From Eledone cirrhosa (Eukaryota): a DNA stretch of 64,000 nt. The notes beneath the pieces were generated by a model. It was given only the letters and a program-made list of their open reading frames with translations. It made no database searches and was not told where the DNA came from. The translations under genes and the position numbers were made by a program. Of this stretch, positions 52,896-64,000 are shown piece after piece; positions within the stretch are counted from its first letter, which is position 1; every line of letters starts with the position of its first letter. The stretch spans positions 91,450,001 to 91,514,000 of the forward strand of contig OZ024747.1 in the NCBI GenBank assembly GCA_964016885.1, given 5' to 3'.

Positions 52896-54925
52896 CTATG
52901 CCGGTCTTGTTCTCCGAACTCCTCGAGGCTGTCTATTGCAACTGGCAACAGAACGGGAGAATTCCCTGTTCTGTGACCAAGGGCGTGGTCACGCTAGTGA
53001 GGAAGGACGAGAGCAAGGGGGACGACTTAAGTAACTTTAGGCCCATAACTCTGCTGAATGCAGAGTTACAGATTTTGGCCAAGGTGTTGGCGAAGAGGTT
53101 GGCGCTTGTGGTGGGTGGTTTGGTGGGAGACGCGCAGACATGCGCTATCCCGTCCAGGTCCATTCACGACAACCTCCACCTCATGCGATACATCATAGAG
53201 AGGGTTGGCTACGAACCCGGCTTTGGTGGGGCCCTGATCAACTTGGATCAATGTAAGGCGTTCGATAGGGTCGACCATGGTTACCTGGATGCGGTGCTAG
53301 CGGCGGCGGGCTTCGGACCCGTTTTCAGGGGCTGGATTTCTGCCATGCACAGTGGCAACATCTACTCTAGGATTAAAGTAAACGGCTACCTCTCGGAGCC
53401 GTTTCAAATCACCCGATCCATCAGACAGGGGTGCCCCCTCTCCTCCCTTCTGTACGTATTGACTCTCGAGCCACTGCTGCGGAAGTTGGAGTTGCTGCGG
53501 GGCATACCCCTGGAACCGGGATTGCACAAAGCGGTCTCGGCCTATGCCGACGACGTAACAGTAATGGTGGCGGACGCCTCGGAAATCGGGGCGATCGCCA
53601 CCCTACTGGAGGAATACGAAAGGCTGACGGGGGCTAAGCTGAACCAGGACAAGTCAGTCGGTTTGCAACTCGGAACGTGGAGGGGCAAACCGATGCCGTT
53701 AGACGGTGTCGTCGGGCGGTGGACGGAGGGCCCGGTGAAGCTGCTCGGGGTCTGGTTCGGACCGGACCTCCAGGTGGAGAAGAATTGGGGCGAGGTGACG
53801 AGCAGGGTGTTTGCGCTGACCCAGAAGTGGGCCAAGTGCAAACTATCACTGAAAGGTCGGGCGGAGGTGACGAACGCTTACATAGCGTCCGTCATCTACT
53901 ACCGCCTGACCGTCGTGCCTTGCCCCAAGGAAAAGCACACCATCATGGAACGCATGCTCTTCCAGTTCCTCTGGAAGAAGCGGCCTCCCATGGTGAGGAG
54001 ATCCATCTGCTGCCAGCACCCTTCGAAAGGAGGGCTGGGTATGCCGTGGCTGTTGATGCGTAGGCACGCATTGAGGCTACGGCATCTACAGGTATTCCTC
54101 AACGGTCAGCCGGTGTGGGCCCCGTTTGTGAGGCGAGCCTTCCCACAGCTCGTCTCGCTCACCGAACTGCAATCCTGGGTGAAGCAAAGACCGAGAAAAC
54201 TGGGCAACTGGCACACTGAGTGTGCCCAGGCGCTCACGGCTATCTGGCAAGCGGACCCGACTGTCAGTGGAGAATCCACCTCGACATTCTATAGAGGGTT
54301 GGTGGCTAGCAGGGGCGACGACACCCTTGGAGAGTCGCTAGGCATGGAGGAGGACGAACTGGCCAGCCTGTTCGGTAGAACTTTCGGCCCGGGACCCATG
54401 GACAACTTCCAGAGGTCCCTAGCCTGGCAGTGTTATCGGGGGGCTCTGCCCGTTCGAGAAAAGCTCTACAGACACGGGCGCCCGGGCAGGGATCCCGCGA
54501 AAAAGATCTGTCCCAGATGCGTGCGCGACGAGGAAACCGTTGCGCATGCACTGGTACACTGCCCGGGCGTTGCCGATCTGTGGGGCTACGTCGAACGACT
54601 GCTGTCGCGTGTGGCGCCGATTCGATTAACCGCCGAGTCTGTGGTGAACATCAAGCCGCCTCCTCCCTTCAGAAATGAAGCAGAGGCGGTCTTTCTGTGC
54701 GTAATAGCCATGATGAAAGAGGTTGTGTGGTGGACGCGCCTGAAAGGTCTGAGGTCGGGTGACTTTCTCTCCGGCCATCACCTGGTTTACTTCTTCCGAT
54801 ACCACTTCGGAAGAAGAATCAGGATGGAGAGAGAAGTGCTTGGTCCCAGACAGTTTTATGAAAGGTGGGTGAAAGAAGCGAGAATGGCCCGTGTAAATGG
54901 GCCTTCTCTCTACATTGTTCTGTAG
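52670..54925 (+). CDS. Tx1 ORF2 reverse transcriptase + C-terminal zinc finger
   Basis: KSPGLDGLPYELY, NFRPITLLN, LDQCKAFDRVDH, RQGCPLS, AYADDV, CPRC...ETVAHALVHC. Confidence 0.94.
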   Translation: MRDLSKHFARLFGGGGGPDGDVDFGPYLDGLPRLSSGEAECCEGPITATEIGEALSQCSRRKSPGLDGLPYELYLAMPVLFSELLEAVYCNWQQNGRIPCSVTKGVVTLVRKDESKGDDLSNFRPITLLNAELQILAKVLAKRLALVVGGLVGDAQTCAIPSRSIHDNLHLMRYIIERVGYEPGFGGALINLDQCKAFDRVDHGYLDAVLAAAGFGPVFRGWISAMHSGNIYSRIKVNGYLSEPFQITRSIRQGCPLSSLLYVLTLEPLLRKLELLRGIPLEPGLHKAVSAYADDVTVMVADASEIGAIATLLEEYERLTGAKLNQDKSVGLQLGTWRGKPMPLDGVVGRWTEGPVKLLGVWFGPDLQVEKNWGEVTSRVFALTQKWAKCKLSLKGRAEVTNAYIASVIYYRLTVVPCPKEKHTIMERMLFQFLWKKRPPMVRRSICCQHPSKGGLGMPWLLMRRHALRLRHLQVFLNGQPVWAPFVRRAFPQLVSLTELQSWVKQRPRKLGNWHTECAQALTAIWQADPTVSGESTSTFYRGLVASRGDDTLGESLGMEEDELASLFGRTFGPGPMDNFQRSLAWQCYRGALPVREKLYRHGRPGRDPAKKICPRCVRDEETVAHALVHCPGVADLWGYVERLLSRVAPIRLTAESVVNIKPPPPFRNEAEAVFLCVIAMMKEVVWWTRLKGLRSGDFLSGHHLVYFFRYHFGRRIRMEREVLGPRQFYERWVKEARMARVNGPSLYIVL

Positions 54926-55158
54926 GTGAAGAAGTGAAGAGGAAAGGGGGAGCGCCTCCTCTCTGGGCTTCCCCCGCGAAAAGAGTTGCACACTTTTCGG
55001 GGGTATGTGCAATCCCCAACACGCCCCCTCCCTTTTGAGGACTTTTTATTGTTATATTATTATTGTTATTCCTCTTTTCTTTACTCGATTTATGTAAACT
55101 CCCCCACTGTGTAAATGTCCCCTTCTTTTGTGCCCTCGTGGCAAATAAATAGAAATTT

Positions 55159-56088
55159 ATCTATCTAACTGTCTATCCATCTACCTGTCTATCCATCTAC
55201 CTGTCTATCCATCTAATTGTCTATCCATCTACCTGTCTATCCATCTACCTGTCTATCCATCTAATTGTCTATCCATCTACCTGTCTATCCATCTACCTGT
55301 CTATACATCTAACTGTCTATCCATCTACCTGTCTATCCATCTACCTGTCTATCCATCTACCTGTCTATCCATCTAACTGTCTATCCATCTACCTGTCTAT
55401 CCATCTACCTGTCTATCCATCTACCTGTCTATCCATCTAACTGTCTATCTATCTAACTGTCTATCTATATAACTGTCTATCCATTTACCTGTCTATCCAT
55501 TTACCTGTCTATCCATCTACCTGTCTATCCATCTAATTGTCTATCCATCTACCTGTCTATCCATCTACCTATCTATCCATCTACCTATCTATCCATCTAC
55601 CTGTCTATCCATCTAACTGTCTATCCATCTACCTGTCTATCCATCTACCTGTCTATCCATCTAACTGTCTATCCATCTACCTGTCTATCTATATAACTGT
55701 CTATCCATCTAACTGTCTATCTATATAACTGTCTATCCATCTAAATGTCTATCCATCTACCTGTCTATCCATCTACCTGTCTATCCATCTAACTGTCTAT
55801 CCATCTACCTGTCTATCTATATAACTGTCTATCCATCTAACTGTCTATCTATATAACTGTCTATCCATCTAAATGTCTATCCATCTAATTGTCTATCCAT
55901 CTACCTGTCTATCTATATAACTGTCTATCCATCTACCTGTCTATCTATATAACTGTCTATCCATCTAACTGTCTATCTATATAACTGTCTATCCATCTAA
56001 CTGTCTATCTATATAACTGTCTATCCATCTAACTGTCTATCTATATAACTGTCTATCCATCTAAATGTCTATCCATCTATCTATCTAA
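55159..56088. repeat. 16-bp minisatellite with variant units forming 32-bp higher-order pattern
   Basis: ATCCATCTACCTGTCT grading into alternating ATCCATCTAACTGTCT / ATCTATATAACTGTCT. Confidence 0.92.
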
Positions 56089-56096
56089 TAATATTT

Positions 56097-56895
56097 TAAA
56101 CGACTGTATGTAAAATCCCCAGCATGTGTATTTGTATTGTCCCCTTTTCTTGTGCGCCCTTGTGGCAAATAAAGAAATATATCTATCTGTCTATCTATCT
56201 GTCTATCTAGCTATGGACGCCCTGGCAGAGATCCTGCGAAAAGGACCTGTCCAAGATGCGAGCAGGATATCGAAACCGTTCTGCACGCAATTGTTCAGTG
56301 CCCAGGGGTGACCGACTTGTGGAATTATGTCGAACAGCTACTGTCACTTGTGGGACGCATCCAGTTGTCAGCCGAGTCCATCATGAGGATTACCCCGCCA
56401 CCTTCATTTAAGAATGAAGGAGAGGCGGTCTTCCTCTGTCTGCTGGGTATGGCGAAAGAGGTAATATGGTGGACGAGGTTAAAAAGACTGAGGGCAAGCA
56501 CCTTTCTCTCCGGATAACAACTCATCCCCTTCTTTAAGTATCACTTAAGAAGGAAGGTGAGAGTGGAGAGAGAGGTGCTATACCCCAGTAAATTCGCTGA
56601 AAGGTGGTTGAATGTGGCGAAAATGGCCCGGGTGAATGGGCCTTCTCTGTATATAAACCTGTAGGTTGGGGAAGACGGGAACACCTACAAAACGTGTTCC
56701 TGGCATTAAGGGTTGTTCTATCCACGGGGTGTAAAACAACCCTGCAGTAGTGCCCCCCTCTAATGGGGCTTTCAATTGTTTTATTTCTATATAGTTTATT
56801 GTTATTTATCATTGTTAAAGATTTATGTAAAACCCCCGCCGTCACGTTTGTAATGTCCCATTTTTGTACGCCCCTGTGGCAAATAAACAAAGATA
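56097..56895 (+). mobile_element. Two further Tx1-like 3' fragments (56097-56178; 56212-56895), each ending AATAAA + TATC repeats
   Basis: DLWNYVEQLLS...EVIWWTRLK homology; conserved 3' end TGTAAAA.CCC..TGTCCC.TTT..GCCC.TGTGGCAAATAAA. Confidence 0.82.
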
Positions 56896-56977
56896 TCTAT
56901 CTGTCTGTCCGTCTGGCCGTCTGTCCATCTGGCCGTCTCTCTATCCGTACACACACATATATATATATATGGATATG

Positions 56978-57029
<52 letters not shown>

Positions 57030-57034
57030 ATATG

Positions 57035-57102
<68 letters not shown>

Positions 57103-57116
57103 ATATATATATGGAA

Positions 57117-57151
<35 letters not shown>

Positions 57152-57186
57152 AGATATATATATATATATATGGATATATTTATGGT

Positions 57187-57244
<58 letters not shown>

Positions 57245-57269
57245 TATATATATGTGGATATATATATGG

Positions 57270-57328
<59 letters not shown>

Positions 57329-57544
57329 ATATATTATATATTTATATATATATATATATAAAAATGAGGTAAATATCTCACTGAGTACTAAGTACCCATC
57401 AACCCATCAACAAGTCTGTAATATTCCCGCTTACACTAGCGGTTGGGTCACGTGTGGGTAACTTTAACGGCCATAACTCATACGAGCTGGTAGTTGGCAT
57501 TATATTTACGGACCATGGGACATATGTCCTATAGAAAGGAAATA

Positions 57545-57623
57545 GCTATCTGATGAAATCTACTTTCCGTTGGAAATTCTATGAATTTCCAATCTTTTGT
57601 GGATGGAAACCGCCGGTAATAGC
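57545..57623 (+). ncRNA. Hammerhead ribozyme with extended stem II in non-coding (TA)n-bounded cassette 57361-57705
   Basis: GCTAT-CTGATGA-ATCTAC..TTGGAAATTC(tat)GAATTTCCAA..GTGGAT-GAAA-CCGcCGG-TA-ATAGC. Confidence 0.78.
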
Positions 57624-57701
57624 ATTATGAACAGGTAGATATTTAAATCATTTTTTAATTTATTTAAAGGATTGTTTAATGTTTGTTTGTTCTGCTCATC
57701 A

Positions 57702-57756
<55 letters not shown>

Positions 57757-58145
57757 TATATATATATATATGTTGATAAATCTACCAAAATATACGGTAG
57801 TGTCCAATCCGTATGAAGAACTCAATGTAATCCAAATATCATGAAAAGAGAAGATGTATTAAAAATTTTTTCGATGAAAAACACAGGAAATCAGAGTCAA
57901 GAAAAATTAATAAAAATAATGAATAAAAAAAAAGAAACAGTTCCTTATATTCAAAAATTCATTATTTTACAATCGTTTCTAGGATATATGTGTGTGTGTT
58001 GGTATGTATATCATATAGATCTATTTAACATTTTTACAAACTATCAGAGGGTATATACATACCTACACATATATATGCTGTCTTCAGAAATAATGATATT
58101 TGTTTAGTGAAAAAAAACAACAAAGATTTAATATAATAGGTCTGT

Positions 58146-58481
58146 TTGGGAACAGGTTTTGAATTATATAAATGTAAAATTAACACTAAGGACTCAACTT
58201 ATTCATATATAGGAGCTATTTCTAACCAATTAGCTAATACAACATCCTTAGCTGAAATAATTAATAATTATAGAAAAAAGAATATCGATTATAACCTGAC
58301 CTGGAGTGTGCTCAAAAGGGCCACCCCTTATCAAAATAATAGATATGAATGTAGATTATGTTCCCAGGAACTTTTTGAAATAATGAAATCTAAGGATATC
58401 CTATTAAATAAGCGACAAGAATTAATTATATCATGTAATCATAAAATTAGAAGAACTTTTAAATATTATAAACCTAATTAA
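58146..58481 (+). CDS. PLE GIY-YIG endonuclease fragment
   Basis: YKCKIN...YSYIG...LTWSVLKRATPY...CRLCSQE...LLNKRQELIISCNH. Confidence 0.75.
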   Translation: MGTGFELYKCKINTKDSTYSYIGAISNQLANTTSLAEIINNYRKKNIDYNLTWSVLKRATPYQNNRYECRLCSQELFEIMKSKDILLNKRQELIISCNHKIRRTFKYYKPN

Positions 58482-59217
58482 TATACACTTTACAAATTAT
58501 TATAATAAATTTTTTTATTTTTTTAAATTAGTTAACCTATAATTAATATTCTACTACTAATGAACTGCATAATTTTATTTCCCTTTTACAGCTATCTTTT
58601 CCTAAAATTTATACCAATAAGTATACATATAAACTATTTTAATTTCAGGTTATGAATCTATATTCCTTGTAATCTATATAAATTTGTTATTTCTCACTAA
58701 TACATTTATCCCCCCCCCCAATTTTTTCCCTTCGTTTTTAACAACACTCTTCAATTACATCTAACTCTTATTTTTCATATCTATATGAATTAATATAAAT
58801 TTATCAATATAAATATACCTATCAATTAAATTAATTTATTTTCTTTTTATAGATGTAAATTCCTTATGTTTAAATAAGATTGATATTTTTCACTAACACG
58901 TTTATCGTAAAATGTTATTCTCCTTAGATTTTAACATTAGCATTATTCTTTTATAACATCAAATTTTCGTGTACCTTTCACAGGCTTGACCTATTTTCAT
59001 CGCCAAAGTAATCTTTTCATTCAAAATACTCTTTCCATTCAAAATACTCTTTCCATTCAAAACTGAAGTCTGCTTTCCTCTACCCCTAAATTAAATTTCT
59101 ATTACTACTATTTTATCATCTTGACAACTTACTACCTTTCTATTGGTCAATTCAAAACCTGTTCCCAAACAGACCTATTATATTAAATCTTTGTTGGGTT
59201 TTTTCAATAAACAAATC

Positions 59218-59355
59218 TCATCATTTCTGAAGACAGCATATATATGTGTAGGTATGTATATTCCTTCTGATAGTTAGTAAAAATTTTTCATAGATCTATA
59301 TGATATACATACCACCACACACATATATATCCTAGAAACGATCGTAAAATGATGA
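59218..59355 (+). ncRNA. Hammerhead ribozyme with ~100-nt stem II (antisense copy ~57960-58098)
   Basis: TCATCATTT-CTGAAGA-[long hairpin]-GAAA-CGATCG-TA-AAATGATGA; 9-bp stem I. Confidence 0.78.
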
Positions 59356-59406
59356 ATTTTTTAATATAAGGAACTGTTTCTTTGTTTTTATTCATTATTT
59401 TTATTA

Positions 59407-59528
<122 letters not shown>

Positions 59529-59695
59529 ATACAATAACAGAGATAGTTTAAAGCTAAACTCTGACTGGTAACCATCTCACTCAACAAACATTAGGTTATA
59601 TTAAAATATAAACCCAATTTAAGTGTTTGGGGTGCTAACAATATGTATAATGTGGAAAAACCAGTTGTATTATTTTATGAGATATAATTAAAGTT

Positions 59696-59766
<71 letters not shown>

Positions 59767-59856
59767 GTATATATAATATAATATATCCATATATATATAT
59801 TTCGTTTCTGAATTTGTTTAGCAAGATTCTTTATCTGAAAACGTCTATTGAAAACG

Positions 59857-60042
59857 ATATTGTTATACTTTGGAAGGGTCATGTTGCCAATGAGAAACAC
59901 ACGCACCAGTTGCTTTCACTTCAATTTATTATAATAAATTAAAAAATTTTGGAATTTATAAATTTATTATAATAAATTGAAGTGAAAGAAAGTGGTGCGT
60001 GTGTTTCTGATGGTACCATGACCCTCCCAAAGTATACCAATA
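59857..60042. repeat. ~80-bp-arm inverted repeat cassette at (TA)n
   Basis: 59857-59940 versus 59961-60042. Confidence 0.8.
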
Positions 60043-60052
60043 TATATATGTG

Positions 60053-60112
<60 letters not shown>

Positions 60113-60269
60113 TATATATATATATATATACTCTGTCATTACTACCACAGAGGTCAGACGAGCCATTGATTAAAGAGACGAGTAGATCGATACAGATCGA
60201 ACCTTGAGTTGACTAATAACAAAACGCGCGTCACCAACCAATAAATGTAATGAAGGAGTAACCATTCGT

Positions 60270-60337
<68 letters not shown>

Positions 60338-60346
60338 TTATATATA

Positions 60347-60399
<53 letters not shown>

Positions 60400-60408
60400 T
60401 TATATATA

Positions 60409-60473
<65 letters not shown>

Positions 60474-60482
60474 TTATATATA

Positions 60483-60547
<65 letters not shown>

Positions 60548-60695
60548 CATATTTATTTTTTTGATACCCAGATGATTTCTAAAGAATGAAACAGTTCTAG
60601 TCCTGTAGAATCTCATCTATATTAAAACTTTTATACTCTGCTATGTATTGAGTACCTTACTTACTGTGGTTACCTCCGATTAAACCCGGAATAAC

Positions 60696-60761
<66 letters not shown>

Positions 60762-61225
60762 GAATAATCGAGAATCGGAATTTCAGCCCACGAAATCACG
60801 ATAAACAATATCCGATATATGTGGCAGAGGGCTCAATAATTTGGAAAAATCAGAGCTATAACTATCGTTAAAATACCAACACATAGAGGTCATGCCTAAA
60901 ATCACCCATGCAGCCGAAAGTAAACGACCAGGAAGATTCGGGTCACTCAAATAAAATATCAATAAATTAATAAATTAAATGAATGTAAAACTTACCCGGA
61001 CACGCTAGAAAGATGGTAAATCTAGCTTATTGGGTTTCTGCAATTCCTTAATCTGAACACCATCAGCCCAATAAAAAATATATATATATATATATGGAAA
61101 GTTATATTTAAATTGTTGGGTTAACAACGAGTAAATATTTATAACTGATATAAAAGCACTCAACAAGTATTTGGAGTATATTTATGATATTAAATAAATG
61201 GAAACTATATTTATAAAACCATATT

Positions 61226-61291
61226 TATTTCGTTATATATATTTCAGGGATATCATATTAACAATATGTTATGCCATCTTCAGACAAAATA
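61226..61291 (-). ncRNA. Hammerhead ribozyme (same family as 1134-1199)
   Basis: Minus strand TATTTTGT-CTGAAGA-TGG..CCT-GAAA-TATATA-TA-ACGAAATA. Confidence 0.72.
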
Positions 61292-62629
61292 CAATATAAA
61301 CAGTCTTATAAATAAATAGATACGACATACCTTTCAATCACCTTGCATTTGGGAGGTTGATTTGGTAGTAAAAAATATTGAGGAATTGAGGACAGTTGTA
61401 AAAAGAAAGAGATAAAGAGAGAAAGAAAGAGAAACGAAGAAAAAGAAGAAATGCATGTGACTAAATAGAGGGATATAGATAGATAAAGAGAAGAACTTCA
61501 TGTAAAGAAACAGAGAGAAATATAGAGAAAAATAGAGAGAAATATATATAGAGAGAGGAAAAAAGAAAGAGATAGATAGAGATAGATAGAGAAATTAGGA
61601 AGTTGAGTATCGGTTGATACATTTATTTATTTATTTATTTATTTATTTAGCTCTAGTATTAACGTAAAGAGAGATGTATGTAGTTAAGAGAGAAAATAGC
61701 CGTTATATAGAGAGAAAAACGAGAAAATGAAAAAGAGAAAATGAAACATAACCAGACATAAACGATGCAGAATTTAAAACCGCTATGTTTTATCCGTAGA
61801 AAATATTAGTTCGTATAAAACAGGCATTATAATGTAAGTATCAGTATTCATGAATGAGACATGTATCTATAATGTGTCAAAAGTAATGATCTTATGTCTA
61901 GTTTTTAAAAATTCATATGTTTATATCATAATTATAAACAAACTCCCAATTCACACGAAAACATTCTCATTGTGCTATAAAAATTCAAGTATACATATAT
62001 GTGTGTATATATACACATATATATATAGAGTCTATATTGATTTTAACAATACTATTCTTGTCTTTATTCTACCTGATTGTCGATCAAGCAGAAATAGAGA
62101 ACAGATTTCAATATATTAATAAAAATAAAAATAAAAATAAAAATAAAAATAAAAATATCAGAGACAAGAAAATAAATAAATAAATAAACAGAAAAACTAA
62201 AACATTTAATATTAAAAATAAAAAATATTACAAAATATTAAAAAATATTAAAAAATAATATTAAAAAATAATACAAATAAAAATAAAACACAGAGATCAG
62301 CCTTTCAAAGTTAATTGACAATATATTGCCAAGATCATCATAAGCATCAGAGTCGAAACAGATAAAACAAAAATTGTTTACCAAATCCTGTCTAGCAGAA
62401 ATCATTCCAAAAGTTTAGGATACCCATTTGGTCTACATATGTTCTTATATATAATATAGAAGTTTATCAAGTTTAAAATTTAATTCGATATATTTGGAGC
62501 ATCAGCTTTTAGGGTAGTTTAATTATTCATGAAGAATGTTTAAAAAGAATGTTTTAATAAAAAGAAGAAATCGAAAGATTTATCGGCTAGTTTCATAAAT
62601 AATTACAAATCAAATCAAAACAAACATAA

Positions 62630-62983
62630 TTACATTTTAAATTTAAATTTATATTTAAACGTTGAGTTCAATCTATGTCTGCAGCAACTGAATAAATTTG
62701 TCCGTAGATTAAGGGAATTTTTAGATTTTAGTATAAAGAATATCTCCTCCGCACAGAGGTCACATGTCTCAGAGGATGAATTAAAAGGAATCCCCCTTGA
62801 AACTATATTCCAAGTCGTCGAATATCTAACGTTATCATGCCTAAGTTGCCAGAGTACGCCTGATAGTGCTGTTGAAGATTTTTTGGATGGATCTGTGAAA
62901 GAATTCTTGTGGTTGTTATAGCGAAGTTTAAATTCCGTCGATGTAGAACCAACGTAGTTAAAAGAATTAAGATCATTACTTTT

Positions 62984-62986
<3 letters not shown>
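62630..62986 (-). CDS. PLE GIY-YIG endonuclease fragment
   Basis: YVGSTSTEFKLRYNNHKNSF...STALS..LW.L...W.I.....F.....CDLCAEE...LNLRTNLFSCCRHR. Confidence 0.85.
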
Positions 62987-63023
<37 letters not shown>

Positions 63024-63082
63024 ATATATATTTGAAATATATATATATATATATATATTTATTTATTTACGTAGACCACGGA

Positions 63083-63116
<34 letters not shown>

Positions 63117-63132
63117 TCCGTGGTCTACGTAA

Positions 63133-63163
<31 letters not shown>

Positions 63164-63188
63164 CTCCGTGGTCTACGTAAATAAATAA

Positions 63189-63234
<46 letters not shown>

Positions 63235-63268
63235 CATATATATATATATATATTTCATATATATATAT

Positions 63269-63341
<73 letters not shown>

Positions 63342-63535
63342 GTTATTTCGGGTTTAATCGGATGTAACCACAGTAAGTCAGGTATTCAATACATAGCAGA
63401 GTATAAAAGTTTTAATATAGATGAGATTCTACAGGACTAGAACTGTTTCATTCTTTAGAAATCATCTGGGTATCAAAAAAATAAATATGAAATATCTATA
63501 TATATATATATATATATATTTATAAATATATATAT

Positions 63536-63622
<87 letters not shown>

Positions 63623-63670
63623 AGGACGATTGGTTACTCCTTCATTACATTTATTGGTTGGTCAGAATCG

Positions 63671-63803
<133 letters not shown>

Positions 63804-64000
63804 ATTGCATTTGTGTATTTTCCTCCAAAATACTCAATTATCAGACATGTTAAGGGTGTGTAGAATCTATTTTTACTGTATGTCTGTAAAACGGAGTATG
63901 TCATCATACCTTAATGTTTCGTGCGATCGATGCCATCCATAACACAATCACCCTAGCAACCAATCACAGGTCTAGGAAGAGCACCATCCAGACCACTAAC

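Larger units (their letters stand above)
49448..55158 (+). mobile_element. Near full-length Tx1/L1-clade non-LTR retrotransposon inserted in the TATC satellite
   Basis: 5' UTR, ORF1 with CCHC knuckle, ORF2 APE-RT-Zn finger, AATAAA at 55144, satellite on both sides, no poly(A). Confidence 0.93.
61095..62986 (-). mobile_element. Penelope-like 3' fragment (GIY-YIG, long low-complexity UTR, HHR), bounded by (TA)n
   Basis: ORF 62630..62986; terminal ~230 nt homologous to cassette 1068-1333. Confidence 0.8.

Noticed and set aside
49003-56088. Regular 16-bp repeats as a CRISPR array
   Set aside because: No unique spacers, no cas genes, eukaryotic context; it is a minisatellite

Overview
AT-rich, microsatellite-dense eukaryotic (animal) intergenic or intronic DNA. 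The multi-copy SINE resembles cephalopod/octopus repeats as I recall them (inference, not searched). I found no convincing host gene, rRNA, tRNA or CRISPR. The window is mostly transposable elements: an internally deleted mariner, two R4/Dong-like non-LTR retrotransposons with restriction-like endonuclease (REL), a near full-length Tx1/L1-clade element plus four relatives in a (TATC)-derived 16-bp satellite, RTE fragments and about a dozen SINE copies. The most notable layer is invisible in the ORF track. Many 0.1-2 kb cassettes sit at (TA)n tracts. They are Penelope-like element (PLE) 3' ends and non-coding retrozyme-like units, carrying at least 8 independent hammerhead ribozyme (HHR) folds plus several degenerate ones. 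They often have an inverted copy of the 3' end placed at the 5' end. Specific oddities: a 466-nt permuted tandem unit, an HHR with a ~100-nt stem II, a CAGANGA core variant, and an inverted duplication starting exactly at a predicted HHR cleavage site. All RNA folds were read by eye.
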